Below, piece after piece: positions 7,285-15,767 of a stretch of DNA of 25,523 bases; position 1 is the first letter of the stretch; every line of letters begins with the position of its first letter. A model generated the notes under the pieces. That model made no database searches and had not been told where the DNA came from. It saw only the letters and a program-made list of their open reading frames with translations. This DNA comes from an uncultured bacterium (GTDB lineage Bacteria > Lernaellota > Lernaellaia > Lernaellales > Lernaellaceae). Location: NCBI GenBank assembly GCA_964534375.1, contig CAZHPN010000078.1, forward strand, positions 1-25,523, given 5' to 3'. Position numbers and translations under genes: made by a program.

Positions 7285-8940
7285 GTGGACGGCTGCAACC
7301 CTCGCGAGCCTGAAAACGGCGCGCGGTCGGCTGGCGAGACGCCGCCGCGCGACTTGCGCGATTTGGCGATCCTCGGCGTCGTTGCGTTTCTGGCCCTGCA
7401 AGTTTTCTTTCACGTTTTCGATTTGCGCGCCGTCAATCCGGATGTCGACGTCTTTCTCAAGCGCACGATCAACCATGTCGACGCTGGGCAGCCGCTGGAT
7501 CAAGGCAACCTGATCGGTTACGGGTTCCGCCTCGGACCGTTCGCCAACAGGTGGAGCACCGTGCCCCTGCTCGCTTCGCACGACCTCCGCGCCCAATACT
7601 ACTTCATCACGTTGCAGGACCTGCTGGCGGTGGCGCTCATCTTTCTCGCGATGCGGCAATTGTTCGGGGCCGGCATCGGCAAGTGGATTGCCGCCGCCGC
7701 TTACGCTTTCCATTTTTTGCTGACGCCTTTCGCGGCCGAACACAACTACTACCTGCCTTTTTTCCTGGCGTTTTACTTCTACTTCCTGGCCTTGTCCGCC
7801 CGCGGCCGGACATGGGCAATCGTTCCGGCGTGGTTCTTTCTCGGCGTTGCGATGCAAACGCACATGTCGGCCGTTTCGTTGGTCCTGCCGACCATGATCG
7901 TCACGCGCTTCTGGCGCAGTCGTCTGTCTTTCTTGTACACGGTGCTGGGCGCCGCAGGGCTGGCCGCGGTCAACATTTCGTTGATCGACCAAGCGTTGTC
8001 CCATCTGGCGCCCGGCGGCCCGCACCTCAATGAAAACGAGGACTTGTTGCGCGTGATGCGGGGAACCCTCGGAACATTACCATGGTCCGCGCCGCCCATT
8101 GTTGCGGCGACCGTCGTCATGGGCGGCCTGGGCAAACACGTGTATGCCGCACTGACCTTGGCCCGGCTCGACCGCTGCTTCCGGACGTTGCGGACCGACC
8201 GCCACGTCGTCATCGGCGCCGCGGCGGCGCTGGCTCTGACGTGGGGCGTGATGCTGCCTCTGTACCTCGTTCGCTACCGCGTCACGGCAGCGCGGTTTTC
8301 GCCGACCACCTATTTTTTCCCCGCCTCCCCGTTCCTCTGTTATTTCGCCGGATTGTTTTTTCAACGCGTGAAAATGTCGCCGCCTTTCCGCAACTGGCGC
8401 GAAAACGGGGCCCGGCACGCGAAGATTTTTGCGGCGCTGACCGGCGTGACGGTGATCGCCATTCTGACGTCGGCCATCGCCGCGCGGTTGTTTCCGGGCT
8501 ATTTCGTCAACGTCGGGAACCAATTGGCCGTTTATCATCACGTCGCCGCCGCGGTCGAGCGGAACCGCTTGTCGAATTTTCGTTTCAGTCAATGCAATCG
8601 GTTTTCGTTCGGCCGTCCCGCAAGTTGGGGGCTGGGCAAACCCGGCCTTTATTACTATGCGGAACCGCAGCTTCGCGGCGAGGCGACAACGGTTTCGCGA
8701 CAAGCAATGGTCGTGGTGGTGGACTCCAAGGCGGCATTGGAGTTGTGGGCGGAACTCTCGGCGCATTCGCTGACGCGGCCGCTGTCCGGCAAAATCATGA
8801 AGATTCGCGGGAGCCTCGCGGACTGCGGCGTGCGGCCTCGCGCGCGCCTGCTCGATCATTTTGATACGCGGGACATGGACATCTCGATTTATTTCGACCT
8901 CGGCGAGGCGGCGCAGGATCAACCGGCGGGACCGCCATAA
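7285..8940 (+). CDS. Polytopic membrane protein, GT-C (ArnT/PMT, GT39-like) glycosyltransferase-like
   Basis: Many TM segments; first loop has an acidic PDVD motif followed by G..FRLGP; later LGVAMQTH; soluble C-terminal domain. Start set at GTG 7285 after GGAGGAAGG. Confidence 0.6.
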   Translation: MDGCNPREPENGARSAGETPPRDLRDLAILGVVAFLALQVFFHVFDLRAVNPDVDVFLKRTINHVDAGQPLDQGNLIGYGFRLGPFANRWSTVPLLASHDLRAQYYFITLQDLLAVALIFLAMRQLFGAGIGKWIAAAAYAFHFLLTPFAAEHNYYLPFFLAFYFYFLALSARGRTWAIVPAWFFLGVAMQTHMSAVSLVLPTMIVTRFWRSRLSFLYTVLGAAGLAAVNISLIDQALSHLAPGGPHLNENEDLLRVMRGTLGTLPWSAPPIVAATVVMGGLGKHVYAALTLARLDRCFRTLRTDRHVVIGAAAALALTWGVMLPLYLVRYRVTAARFSPTTYFFPASPFLCYFAGLFFQRVKMSPPFRNWRENGARHAKIFAALTGVTVIAILTSAIAARLFPGYFVNVGNQLAVYHHVAAAVERNRLSNFRFSQCNRFSFGRPASWGLGKPGLYYYAEPQLRGEATTVSRQAMVVVVDSKAALELWAELSAHSLTRPLSGKIMKIRGSLADCGVRPRARLLDHFDTRDMDISIYFDLGEAAQDQPAGPP

Positions 8941-8949
8941 AGGGCGTGC

Positions 8950-10617
8950 ATGAGTTTCCCCTCGTCATTCGTTCGCCCGGCGTGGAAAAGTCTCTCGCGG
9001 CACCTCCTGTTCTGCGGGGCCGCCCTCGTCTTTCCGATCCTGTGGGTCAAAAACATCCTGTTGTTCAACCGCCCGCAACTGTGGAACGACGCGTTCGGTC
9101 AACTGTGGGGCGCCGAGCAACTTATCGTCGAAAAAACGTTCCCCCTGGCCGGCAACGCTGCGTTCTGGCCGCTTCGCCTCGGTCCACTCGCCTATCTGCT
9201 GACGGCGCTGCCGCAGTTCGTCAAACCCGGCGTCCTTTCTTCCTATGTTTTGATTTGGTCGTTGTATCTGCTGTCGGTCCCGCTGTTCTATGTCGCCGTC
9301 TGGCGGTTTCTCGGCCATCGCGCCGCTGCTTTCGCCGCCGCGTTTTGGTTCGCCATTACCCCGAATTTCAAAGAGCCGTTGCTGGAATTGACGCAAAACG
9401 ATTCCTTTTTGCCTGTTTTCCTGGCGTTCTACTCCCTGCTGCTGTTGCGCCGGCCGCAAAAAGCCGCCCTGCTGCCGCTCTATGCCGTCATCGGCCTGGC
9501 CATGCAGTTGCACCTGACCGCCGTGTGCCTGATTCCTTCGACGTTGATTTTCCTTTGGCAGGACAGGCGAACTCTGGCCGCCCAACTGCCGTGGCACGCT
9601 CTGGGGCTGCTCGTTGTCGTTTTCTTGCACGGCACCGTGATGATGGATGCATCGGCCCTCAACCCGCGGGCGTTGGCCGGCGCGTCGCAGAGCGTTGTCG
9701 AGAACCTGCGCCGCTTCAACTGGCCGTTATTTTCCCTCTCGCTGCGCAGCGCTGCGTGGATTTGCCTGCCGGCGATCGTCGCGACGCCGACGCTATTCGT
9801 CGCCTACGCGACCATGAACGCGGCAATGAAAAAACTGCTGCCGAAATTGGCCCTGATTCTCGGCGCGCAAATTCTCGCGGCGGCCTTCTTCGCCGCGCTG
9901 AAATCCGCCGGGACGGAAGTCCCGCAATGCTACTTCGCCGTCGACACGCCATTTCTCGGCCTGCTGCTCGCCGCCGCGATCGCCGAGGCAGCGCGGCTCT
10001 GGCGCGGCCGCCCGAAGCCGGCGGCGCGGAACTGGCTGGCGCCGCTTTTTCCCGCCGCGGCGGTGGCGTTGGTCTTCGCCACGCTGGCGGCCCGCAACGG
10101 CGAGGCCCGGTATCGGCTCGACGACGCCGACATGCTGATCTCCAATCACGTGGCCAACGCCGCCGCGATGGACCGCTGGCTTCGCGAGAACCGCCTTCCC
10201 GGTGTGGCGCAGATCGTCGGCTACTGGTTTCTGGAAGATCGCCACGACGAAATCTACGCAATTTGGCCGGCCAATTGCGACGGCTCCGTCTATCGGACGT
10301 TTAGCGTGTACAAGACGCTGTTCTGCCTGCAGCACCCGCGCGAGTGCCCGGCCACCGGCGGCGAAACGGTCTTCCAACTGACGTTCGAGTTCTGCGATGA
10401 CGCGCAACAGGCGGCGTTTGTCGGCGCGCCGGACCGCGTCCTGGCGAACCCGGAGCAGTGCACCGGCCCGGTCCCGATCGCCGGGCGGCTGATCAGCTAT
10501 TTCTGCCGCGGGCCCCGCGACCCGACCCGACCGGCCGCCCGCGTCACGAAAACACACCCGCGGTTTCGTCTGGGCGTGGAACTCCCGTGCGCGACGCCGA
10601 GGGGCGACGCAAAATAG
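8950..10617 (+). CDS. Polytopic membrane protein, GT-C-like; paralog of the preceding gene
   Basis: Same layout: WND in the first loop, PLAG...LRLGPLAYLL, IGLAMQLHLT, many TM helices, Cys-rich soluble C-terminal region. Confidence 0.6.
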   Translation: MSFPSSFVRPAWKSLSRHLLFCGAALVFPILWVKNILLFNRPQLWNDAFGQLWGAEQLIVEKTFPLAGNAAFWPLRLGPLAYLLTALPQFVKPGVLSSYVLIWSLYLLSVPLFYVAVWRFLGHRAAAFAAAFWFAITPNFKEPLLELTQNDSFLPVFLAFYSLLLLRRPQKAALLPLYAVIGLAMQLHLTAVCLIPSTLIFLWQDRRTLAAQLPWHALGLLVVVFLHGTVMMDASALNPRALAGASQSVVENLRRFNWPLFSLSLRSAAWICLPAIVATPTLFVAYATMNAAMKKLLPKLALILGAQILAAAFFAALKSAGTEVPQCYFAVDTPFLGLLLAAAIAEAARLWRGRPKPAARNWLAPLFPAAAVALVFATLAARNGEARYRLDDADMLISNHVANAAAMDRWLRENRLPGVAQIVGYWFLEDRHDEIYAIWPANCDGSVYRTFSVYKTLFCLQHPRECPATGGETVFQLTFEFCDDAQQAAFVGAPDRVLANPEQCTGPVPIAGRLISYFCRGPRDPTRPAARVTKTHPRFRLGVELPCATPRGDAK

Positions 10618-10710
10618 CGGCGCCGTCGCGCCGGACCCAAAGAACACTTGACAATCCGCCGGCCGGCGCCTCAGGGTTAGCAAAGCGTCGGCCGACAGGG
10701 AATTATCGAA

Positions 10711-12963
10711 ATGTTTGGCGTCCAGGCAACTGCCCGCAAGACAATCGTCGCCGTTATTGCGGCGCTCGCCGGCGTTCTTTGGCTGGGCGGCGTGGGTTGC
10801 CGCTGCCGCGCGCCGTCGGCGCGCCCCACCTTCCCGACGCTGTTCCACGCGGTTTCGAGCAACGGCGCCGACGGCACCATCGCGCCGATCACCATCAACA
10901 ACGAAGTTCGCGAGGCCCTCGCCGCGACCCCCGGCGCCGTCGTGGCGTGGCCCTTTGCGCGGCTGCGGGCGGGGTGCAGTTTGTCGTTCGGGCACGGCAT
11001 TTATTCCGCCGACATGGGGAATTTGATGCCGATTCACTTCACGGTTTACCTGCGCGATATCTCCGGGAAGCTCAGCCTGCTGTATTCCAAATCGACCGGC
11101 GACGATCGCCGCTGGATCGACCGCGAGGTCTCGCTGTCGCCGTTCGTCGGAAAATCCGGGACGCTCATTTTTCGCATCACGTGCGATGCGGATCCGGCTG
11201 GCCCCGGTCAACCCGCCGGAGTGATTCCCGTTTGGAGCAACGCCAGGATCGTCGCGCCCGCGGATGGTTCGCCAGCGGATCGCCCCTCGTTTCTCTGGAT
11301 CACAGTCGACACGCTGCGAGCCGATCACCTGGGTTGCTATGGCTGCGCCCGCCCGACCACGCCGTTTATCGACAGCCTGGCCGCCCAGGGGGTTGTCTAC
11401 GAAGCCGCCTTCTCGCAGGCGCCGTGGACGCAACCGTCTGTGCAATCGATGATGAGTTCGCAGTACCCGCGGCCGGCCGAGGCAAAATACAACCCGAATG
11501 AAGGCCTGAACCGCTTCCTCGATATCCGCCATTCGCACCTGCTGCCGATGGAATTCGAAAACGCCGGTTATACAGTGGCCGCGTTCACAAATATCGAGAG
11601 CGTGTACGCGCCGTTCAGTTACAGCAAGCTCGGCTTCTCCCGGTCCTTCCAGAATTCGACCGGCACGGAAAACTTCCGCGATTGGCTCGGCGCCAACGGC
11701 GGCAAACCGTTTTTCGCCTACGTTCATCTGTTCGGCGCCCACGCGCCCTATTCTTTCGTTCCCGGCATCAGCACGCAGTTCATCGATCAGGAAACGGCGA
11801 AAGCGACCGAAAACGCCACCGAAAACCTGAGCAGCGGTTTCCTCCGGAAGCAGCAACCAGGGCCCGAAGTGACCGCCAATCTCGTCCGCCTTTACGATGG
11901 CCGGATTCTGTTGAACGATCAGGTGGTCAAATATCTGGTCGAAACGCTGGCCGCGCACGGCGCCCTGGACCGAACCTTCATCGTCATCACCGCCGACCAC
12001 GGCGAAGAATTCTGGGAGCACGGGCATTGGGAGCATGGCCACAGCTATTATGACGAGTTGCTCCACGTGCCGCTGATCCTCGTGCCGCCCGGGAAGAACC
12101 CGGGAAAGCGGATCGCCGGAATGACGAGTCTGCTGAACGTCGCGCCGACGCTCCTGAATTACGCCGGGTTGCCCGTGCCGGACGATTATCGCGGCCGGCC
12201 ATTGCAGTTTCGCGAGGAAGACGACGCCGACCCGGTGATCTACGCCGAGAACATGCTGTACGGGCAAGTCGCCGAGGGCGGCGCCGATCGCCCGCGCGAT
12301 TTCGGACTGCGCACGAACGACCTCAAATACGCCAATCTCGGCAACGCAATTCAAGTGTTCGACTTGAAAGCCGATCCGGGCGAACGAAACAACCTTGCGG
12401 CCGTCCCGGAATGGAAAGAGAAGGCCGAAAAGGCGCTGCAGGAGTTTCTGCAAACCGACTACGAAACCGTCGCACAGCGGCAGGCGAATTTCCTGTTTCA
12501 ATCCTCGTCGCCGAAGAAATGGACGCTGAAATTCGCGTCCGATCGCGACGTCATCCCGATTTTTCCCGACGACGGCTTCGATAATGCGCCGGCGATCACC
12601 GCTGCCAAAGGCCGTACGGAATGCAATTTCACGACCGACAAGGGAAAGCCCCTGGTGGTCAAGGTCATTTTGTACAAAGGACTGAAATTGCTCTCGGCGC
12701 AAATTCGCGCGCAGGGAAAGCCCCTGCCCGCCGGCCAATTGGTCCTGCCAGGCGGCCAGGCCGCCGTTTCGCCCGCCGCGTTGCTGAAGAATCTCGCCGC
12801 GCCGGAAGCATTCCGGACGTTGCGGGGCGCGCCGCCCGTCCCAGCCGCGACCGACAATGTGACGATTTGGATCGATTCGTCGGTCAAACGGATTCCGACT
12901 GCCCCAAAGGCCAGCGACGAGGAAACCCGCCGGAAAATTCTTCGATCGCTGGGCTATTTGTAG
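10711..12963 (+). CDS. Exported sulfatase-like (alkaline phosphatase superfamily) protein with Thr at the nucleophile position
   Basis: N-terminal signal or anchor. VDTLRADHLGCYG, TPFIDSLA, WTQPSVQSMMSSQYP (position of CxPxR), HLFGAHAPY, TADHGEEF, HGHSYYDELLHVPL, FDLKADPGE, C-terminal LRSLGYL. Confidence 0.85.
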   Translation: MFGVQATARKTIVAVIAALAGVLWLGGVGCRCRAPSARPTFPTLFHAVSSNGADGTIAPITINNEVREALAATPGAVVAWPFARLRAGCSLSFGHGIYSADMGNLMPIHFTVYLRDISGKLSLLYSKSTGDDRRWIDREVSLSPFVGKSGTLIFRITCDADPAGPGQPAGVIPVWSNARIVAPADGSPADRPSFLWITVDTLRADHLGCYGCARPTTPFIDSLAAQGVVYEAAFSQAPWTQPSVQSMMSSQYPRPAEAKYNPNEGLNRFLDIRHSHLLPMEFENAGYTVAAFTNIESVYAPFSYSKLGFSRSFQNSTGTENFRDWLGANGGKPFFAYVHLFGAHAPYSFVPGISTQFIDQETAKATENATENLSSGFLRKQQPGPEVTANLVRLYDGRILLNDQVVKYLVETLAAHGALDRTFIVITADHGEEFWEHGHWEHGHSYYDELLHVPLILVPPGKNPGKRIAGMTSLLNVAPTLLNYAGLPVPDDYRGRPLQFREEDDADPVIYAENMLYGQVAEGGADRPRDFGLRTNDLKYANLGNAIQVFDLKADPGERNNLAAVPEWKEKAEKALQEFLQTDYETVAQRQANFLFQSSSPKKWTLKFASDRDVIPIFPDDGFDNAPAITAAKGRTECNFTTDKGKPLVVKVILYKGLKLLSAQIRAQGKPLPAGQLVLPGGQAAVSPAALLKNLAAPEAFRTLRGAPPVPAATDNVTIWIDSSVKRIPTAPKASDEETRRKILRSLGYL

Positions 12964-13000
12964 CACGCAGAGCCGCGGCGAGACGGAATGTCGCTTTTCG

Positions 13001-13882
13001 TCAATGCGCCGGCATTTCCTGAAGTCCGTATGGCGGCGAGGCGTTGACCAGCACGCCGGGCCGGCAGCGGATGTGCGCCGGCGTGAACGTCGTGCCTGGT
13101 TTGGCGGCGGTGAGCAGGTAATCGCCGGGCGGAACGTTGACGAAGATCACACCGCCGTCGCCGGTCGTTTCCGTCAGGCCGCGCACCGGGATGTCGATCG
13201 CCGGCAGATTCGGCAAATCGACGAATTCAAAATAGAATGGGCCGGAAGCGGCATCGACCGGCGGTTCGATCGTAACGGTTGCGCCCGCGATGCCCGGCGT
13301 ATTCGGCGTGTCGCCGTCGGAAACGGTCGCCGCGATCTGGCATTGCTGCGGATCGAGCGCCGTCAATAACGTCAACGCGATCAGCCAGACCACAACGCGC
13401 GGCGGCGTTTGCACCGTGAGGTTGTTCAGGCCTTCCGGCGGCAAAACCACCGTCGCCGTCTGCGTCGGAAAGAACGCTGCGTCCGTTGCGAGAAAAGTCG
13501 TTTCGACGCCGGCGTAAACGTTGTCGATCGCAAAATGGCCGTTTGCGTCGCTGATCGCCGGCGGCAAGTCGGGCTGTTCGACGACCGTCACCGCCGCCCC
13601 GGCCAGCAGCGCGAAGCTCGGATCGAAACGATACACATCGCCGGCCGCCGTCGTCAGGGAAGGCGGCGACGCGTCGTTGTCGTCATCGTCGTCGACGGGC
13701 GAGGCATCGTTGTCGTTGTCGTCATCGTTGTCATTGTCATCATTGTCGTCGTCATCGAGAGCGCCATCGTCGTCGAGCGCACGACCGCTGCCGCTGGCGC
13801 CGCCCGAACCGCTGCAAGCGACCACGCCGGCGAGCAAGCCCGCCGACACGAGCAACAATAAAAACCAGCCACAGCGTGTCAT
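13001..13882 (-). CDS. Predicted lipoprotein with Asp/Asn-rich linker and carboxypeptidase-regulatory-like beta-sandwich domains
   Basis: Signal peptide with lipobox VVAC; DDDDNDDNDNDDDNDND linker; two GA(A/T)VT...G..F/I.NV..G segments typical of transthyretin-like/CarboxypepD_reg folds. Confidence 0.75.
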   Translation of the reverse strand: MTRCGWFLLLLVSAGLLAGVVACSGSGGASGSGRALDDDGALDDDDNDDNDNDDDNDNDASPVDDDDDNDASPPSLTTAAGDVYRFDPSFALLAGAAVTVVEQPDLPPAISDANGHFAIDNVYAGVETTFLATDAAFFPTQTATVVLPPEGLNNLTVQTPPRVVVWLIALTLLTALDPQQCQIAATVSDGDTPNTPGIAGATVTIEPPVDAASGPFYFEFVDLPNLPAIDIPVRGLTETTGDGGVIFVNVPPGDYLLTAAKPGTTFTPAHIRCRPGVLVNASPPYGLQEMPAH

Positions 13883-13897
13883 GAAACCGCCTGTTGT

Positions 13898-14059
13898 CAG
13901 TGAACAGTGAACAGATAAACAAATACTAAAGCCGCGCTCTCTACCGGGGCCACGCTCGCACGCGCTTAATCGTTCGACGTTTCCGGCTATTTGAGATGCG
14001 CTCCCGTCCGTTCACTGTTCACTGTTCGCTGCTCACTGTTTGCTGTCAGTTGTTCGCTG
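13898..14059. repeat. Inverted arrays of 7-bp tandem repeats (CAGTGAA / TTCACTG)
   Basis: Left arm CAGTGAA CAGTGAA CAGATAA (13898-13918). Right arm TTCACTG TTCACTG TTCGCTG CTCACTG TTTGCTG TCAGTTG TTCGCTG (14011-14059). About 90 bp of unique spacer between them. Confidence 0.8.
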
Positions 14060-14060
14060 C

Positions 14061-14981
14061 TTACCCGCCGTAGTGCAGAATCGTGCCGCCGTCGCCCACG
14101 GCGAATACGTCCGCGGCAGCGCTTCCCCAAACGCCGTGCAATTCGACGGCCGTCCCGCTCATGACTTGCGACCACGAGGAACCGTCGTAATGCAAAATCG
14201 TTTCCTCGCCGCCGGCGGCAAATAGGTCTGTCGAAGAGGTTCCCCAAAGGGCTTGCAACGCCACGGTGGCCGGGCTGGTCATGGCCGACCACGCGGAACC
14301 GTCATAATGCAGAATCGTGCCGACGTCGCCGGCGACAAATACGTCCGTGGCGGAGCTTCCCCAAACGCCGAACAACGTCAAGGTCGTCCCGCTCGTCAGC
14401 GCCGACCAGGCGGCGCCATCGTAGTGCAGAATCGCGCCGTCGCCGCCCACGGCGAACACGTCCGACGCGGCGCTGCCCCAGACGCTTTGCAACGTTTGCG
14501 TGGTCCCGCTCTCCATCGCCGACCAGGCGGCGCCGTCGTAGCGAAGAATCGCGCCGCCGGCGCCCACGGCGAACACGTCCGACGCCGAAGCCCCCCACAC
14601 GCCTTGCAAATCCGCCGTTGTCCCGCTCGTCATCGCCGACCACGCGGAGCCGTTGCTATGCAGAATCGTGCCAGAATCGCCCACGGCGATGACGGTTGCC
14701 GCCGAGCTTCCCCAAACGCCGTACAGATTCGCGGTCGACGCGTTGGTCATCGCCGACCACGATGACGCGGCGTAGTTCAAAATCGTGCCGCCGGAGCCCA
14801 CGGCATAGACGTTGCTGCCCGAGCTTCCCCAAACGCCGTACAGCCACAGCGCCGTCCCGCTCGTCATCGCGGACCACGAGGATGCGCCGCTGCTTGTGCT
14901 GGTGACGCCGATGCAAGCATACGCGCCGGCGAACAACGCCAGCGTCAGCAGAATTGACAAAACCAACGGGCTGAGTTTCAA
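14061..14981 (-). CDS. Predicted lipoprotein, 7-bladed beta-propeller repeat protein (WD40/YVTN/BNR-like)
   Basis: TTG start at 14981 with an AGGGGG SD; signal peptide with lipobox AYAC; seven repeats of about 39 aa, WSAMTSGT..L.GVWGS..DVFAVG..G.ILHYDG, with a 117-bp DNA period. Confidence 0.85.
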   Translation of the reverse strand: MKLSPLVLSILLTLALFAGAYACIGVTSTSSGASSWSAMTSGTALWLYGVWGSSGSNVYAVGSGGTILNYAASSWSAMTNASTANLYGVWGSSAATVIAVGDSGTILHSNGSAWSAMTSGTTADLQGVWGASASDVFAVGAGGAILRYDGAAWSAMESGTTQTLQSVWGSAASDVFAVGGDGAILHYDGAAWSALTSGTTLTLFGVWGSSATDVFVAGDVGTILHYDGSAWSAMTSPATVALQALWGTSSTDLFAAGGEETILHYDGSSWSQVMSGTAVELHGVWGSAAADVFAVGDGGTILHYGG

Positions 14982-15128
14982 AGCGTCGCCCCCTGCCCGA
15001 GCCGACCCGCCAGGCAATATTAACGGAAACGGCGCCGGTTTGCGAACAAACCAAACGCCGTCTCTCAATTACATAGGCGAATGTCAGCGGTCACGACCCA
15101 GCAGCAGGCGTCGCGACCCTGGTGGGAC

Positions 15129-15431
15129 CTACCAGCGGTTGTTGCGTCCGCCGCCGCCGCCACTGCGGCCGCCGCCGTCACGGGGCTTGTCCTGGGCCTC
15201 GTTCACCTTAATGGCCCGACCATCGAGTTCCCGGCCATCCAACGCACTGATCGCCTTCGCGGCGTCTTCCGCCGCGGCGAAGGTGACGAACCCGAATCCG
15301 CGCGAACGGCCGGTGTCACGGTCCGTGATGACCTTGGCTTCCGTGATTTCGCCGTGAGGGGCGAACGCCGCTTGGAGACGAGCATCCGTCGTATCCCAAC
15401 TCAAACCGCCTACGAACAACTTCTTCGACAT
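15129..15431 (-). CDS. RRM (RNP-1) RNA-binding protein with Gly-rich tail
   Basis: RNP2 LFVGGL, RNP1 RGFGFVTF, LDGRAIKVNEA, tail GGGRSGGGGGRNNRW; 100 aa from ATG 15431. Confidence 0.95.
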   Translation of the reverse strand: MSKKLFVGGLSWDTTDARLQAAFAPHGEITEAKVITDRDTGRSRGFGFVTFAAAEDAAKAISALDGRELDGRAIKVNEAQDKPRDGGGRSGGGGGRNNRW

Positions 15432-15663
15432 GTCTTCGATCTTTCTTTTCACGCTCGTCGCCTTTAGGGACGGCGTAATTCGTGGCGGGGAAAAACGCCC
15501 CGCCGGCGCGTGAGCGGCCACCGCGGCCGTCCATTCGACGCCCATTTTAGCGAACCGTTCGTCTTGAGAGGATGAAACCTACGCGAGGCGCTCGGGTCGA
15601 AAAACAAGCGGGATTTCCTTGAAATCCACTCCACTTCCGAAAACTATTTTCGGTAGATGACGC

Positions 15664-15691
15664 AATATAGCACAGTTCATTTCAAATGCAA
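15664..15691 (-). promoter_or_regulatory. Sigma70 promoter with extended -10 for the RRM gene
   Basis: Minus strand TTGCAT, 16-bp spacer ending in TGC, then TATATT, in an AT-rich patch; implies a leader of about 225 nt. Confidence 0.55.
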
Positions 15692-15767
15692 TAGGGAAAT
15701 CGAATTTTTTTGAGACGATGCGCGTCTCGCCTGAATTTCCCCATTCCGGCGCCCACTTTCGCCTTGC

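Noticed and set aside
10648..10677. TTGACA upstream of the sulfatase-like gene as a promoter
   Set aside because: Perfect -35 but only a poor -10 (CAGGGT) at 18 bp; not enough to call.
9793..12966. 1057-aa minus-strand ORF
   Set aside because: Antisense shadow of the sulfatase-like and GT-C-like genes; no motifs; long shadows are expected at high GC.
14064..14876. Regularly spaced DNA repeats as a CRISPR array or DGR template/variable repeat
   Set aside because: The 117-bp period is in frame and degenerate at codon third positions; it is a protein repeat, with no cas gene or reverse transcriptase in the window.
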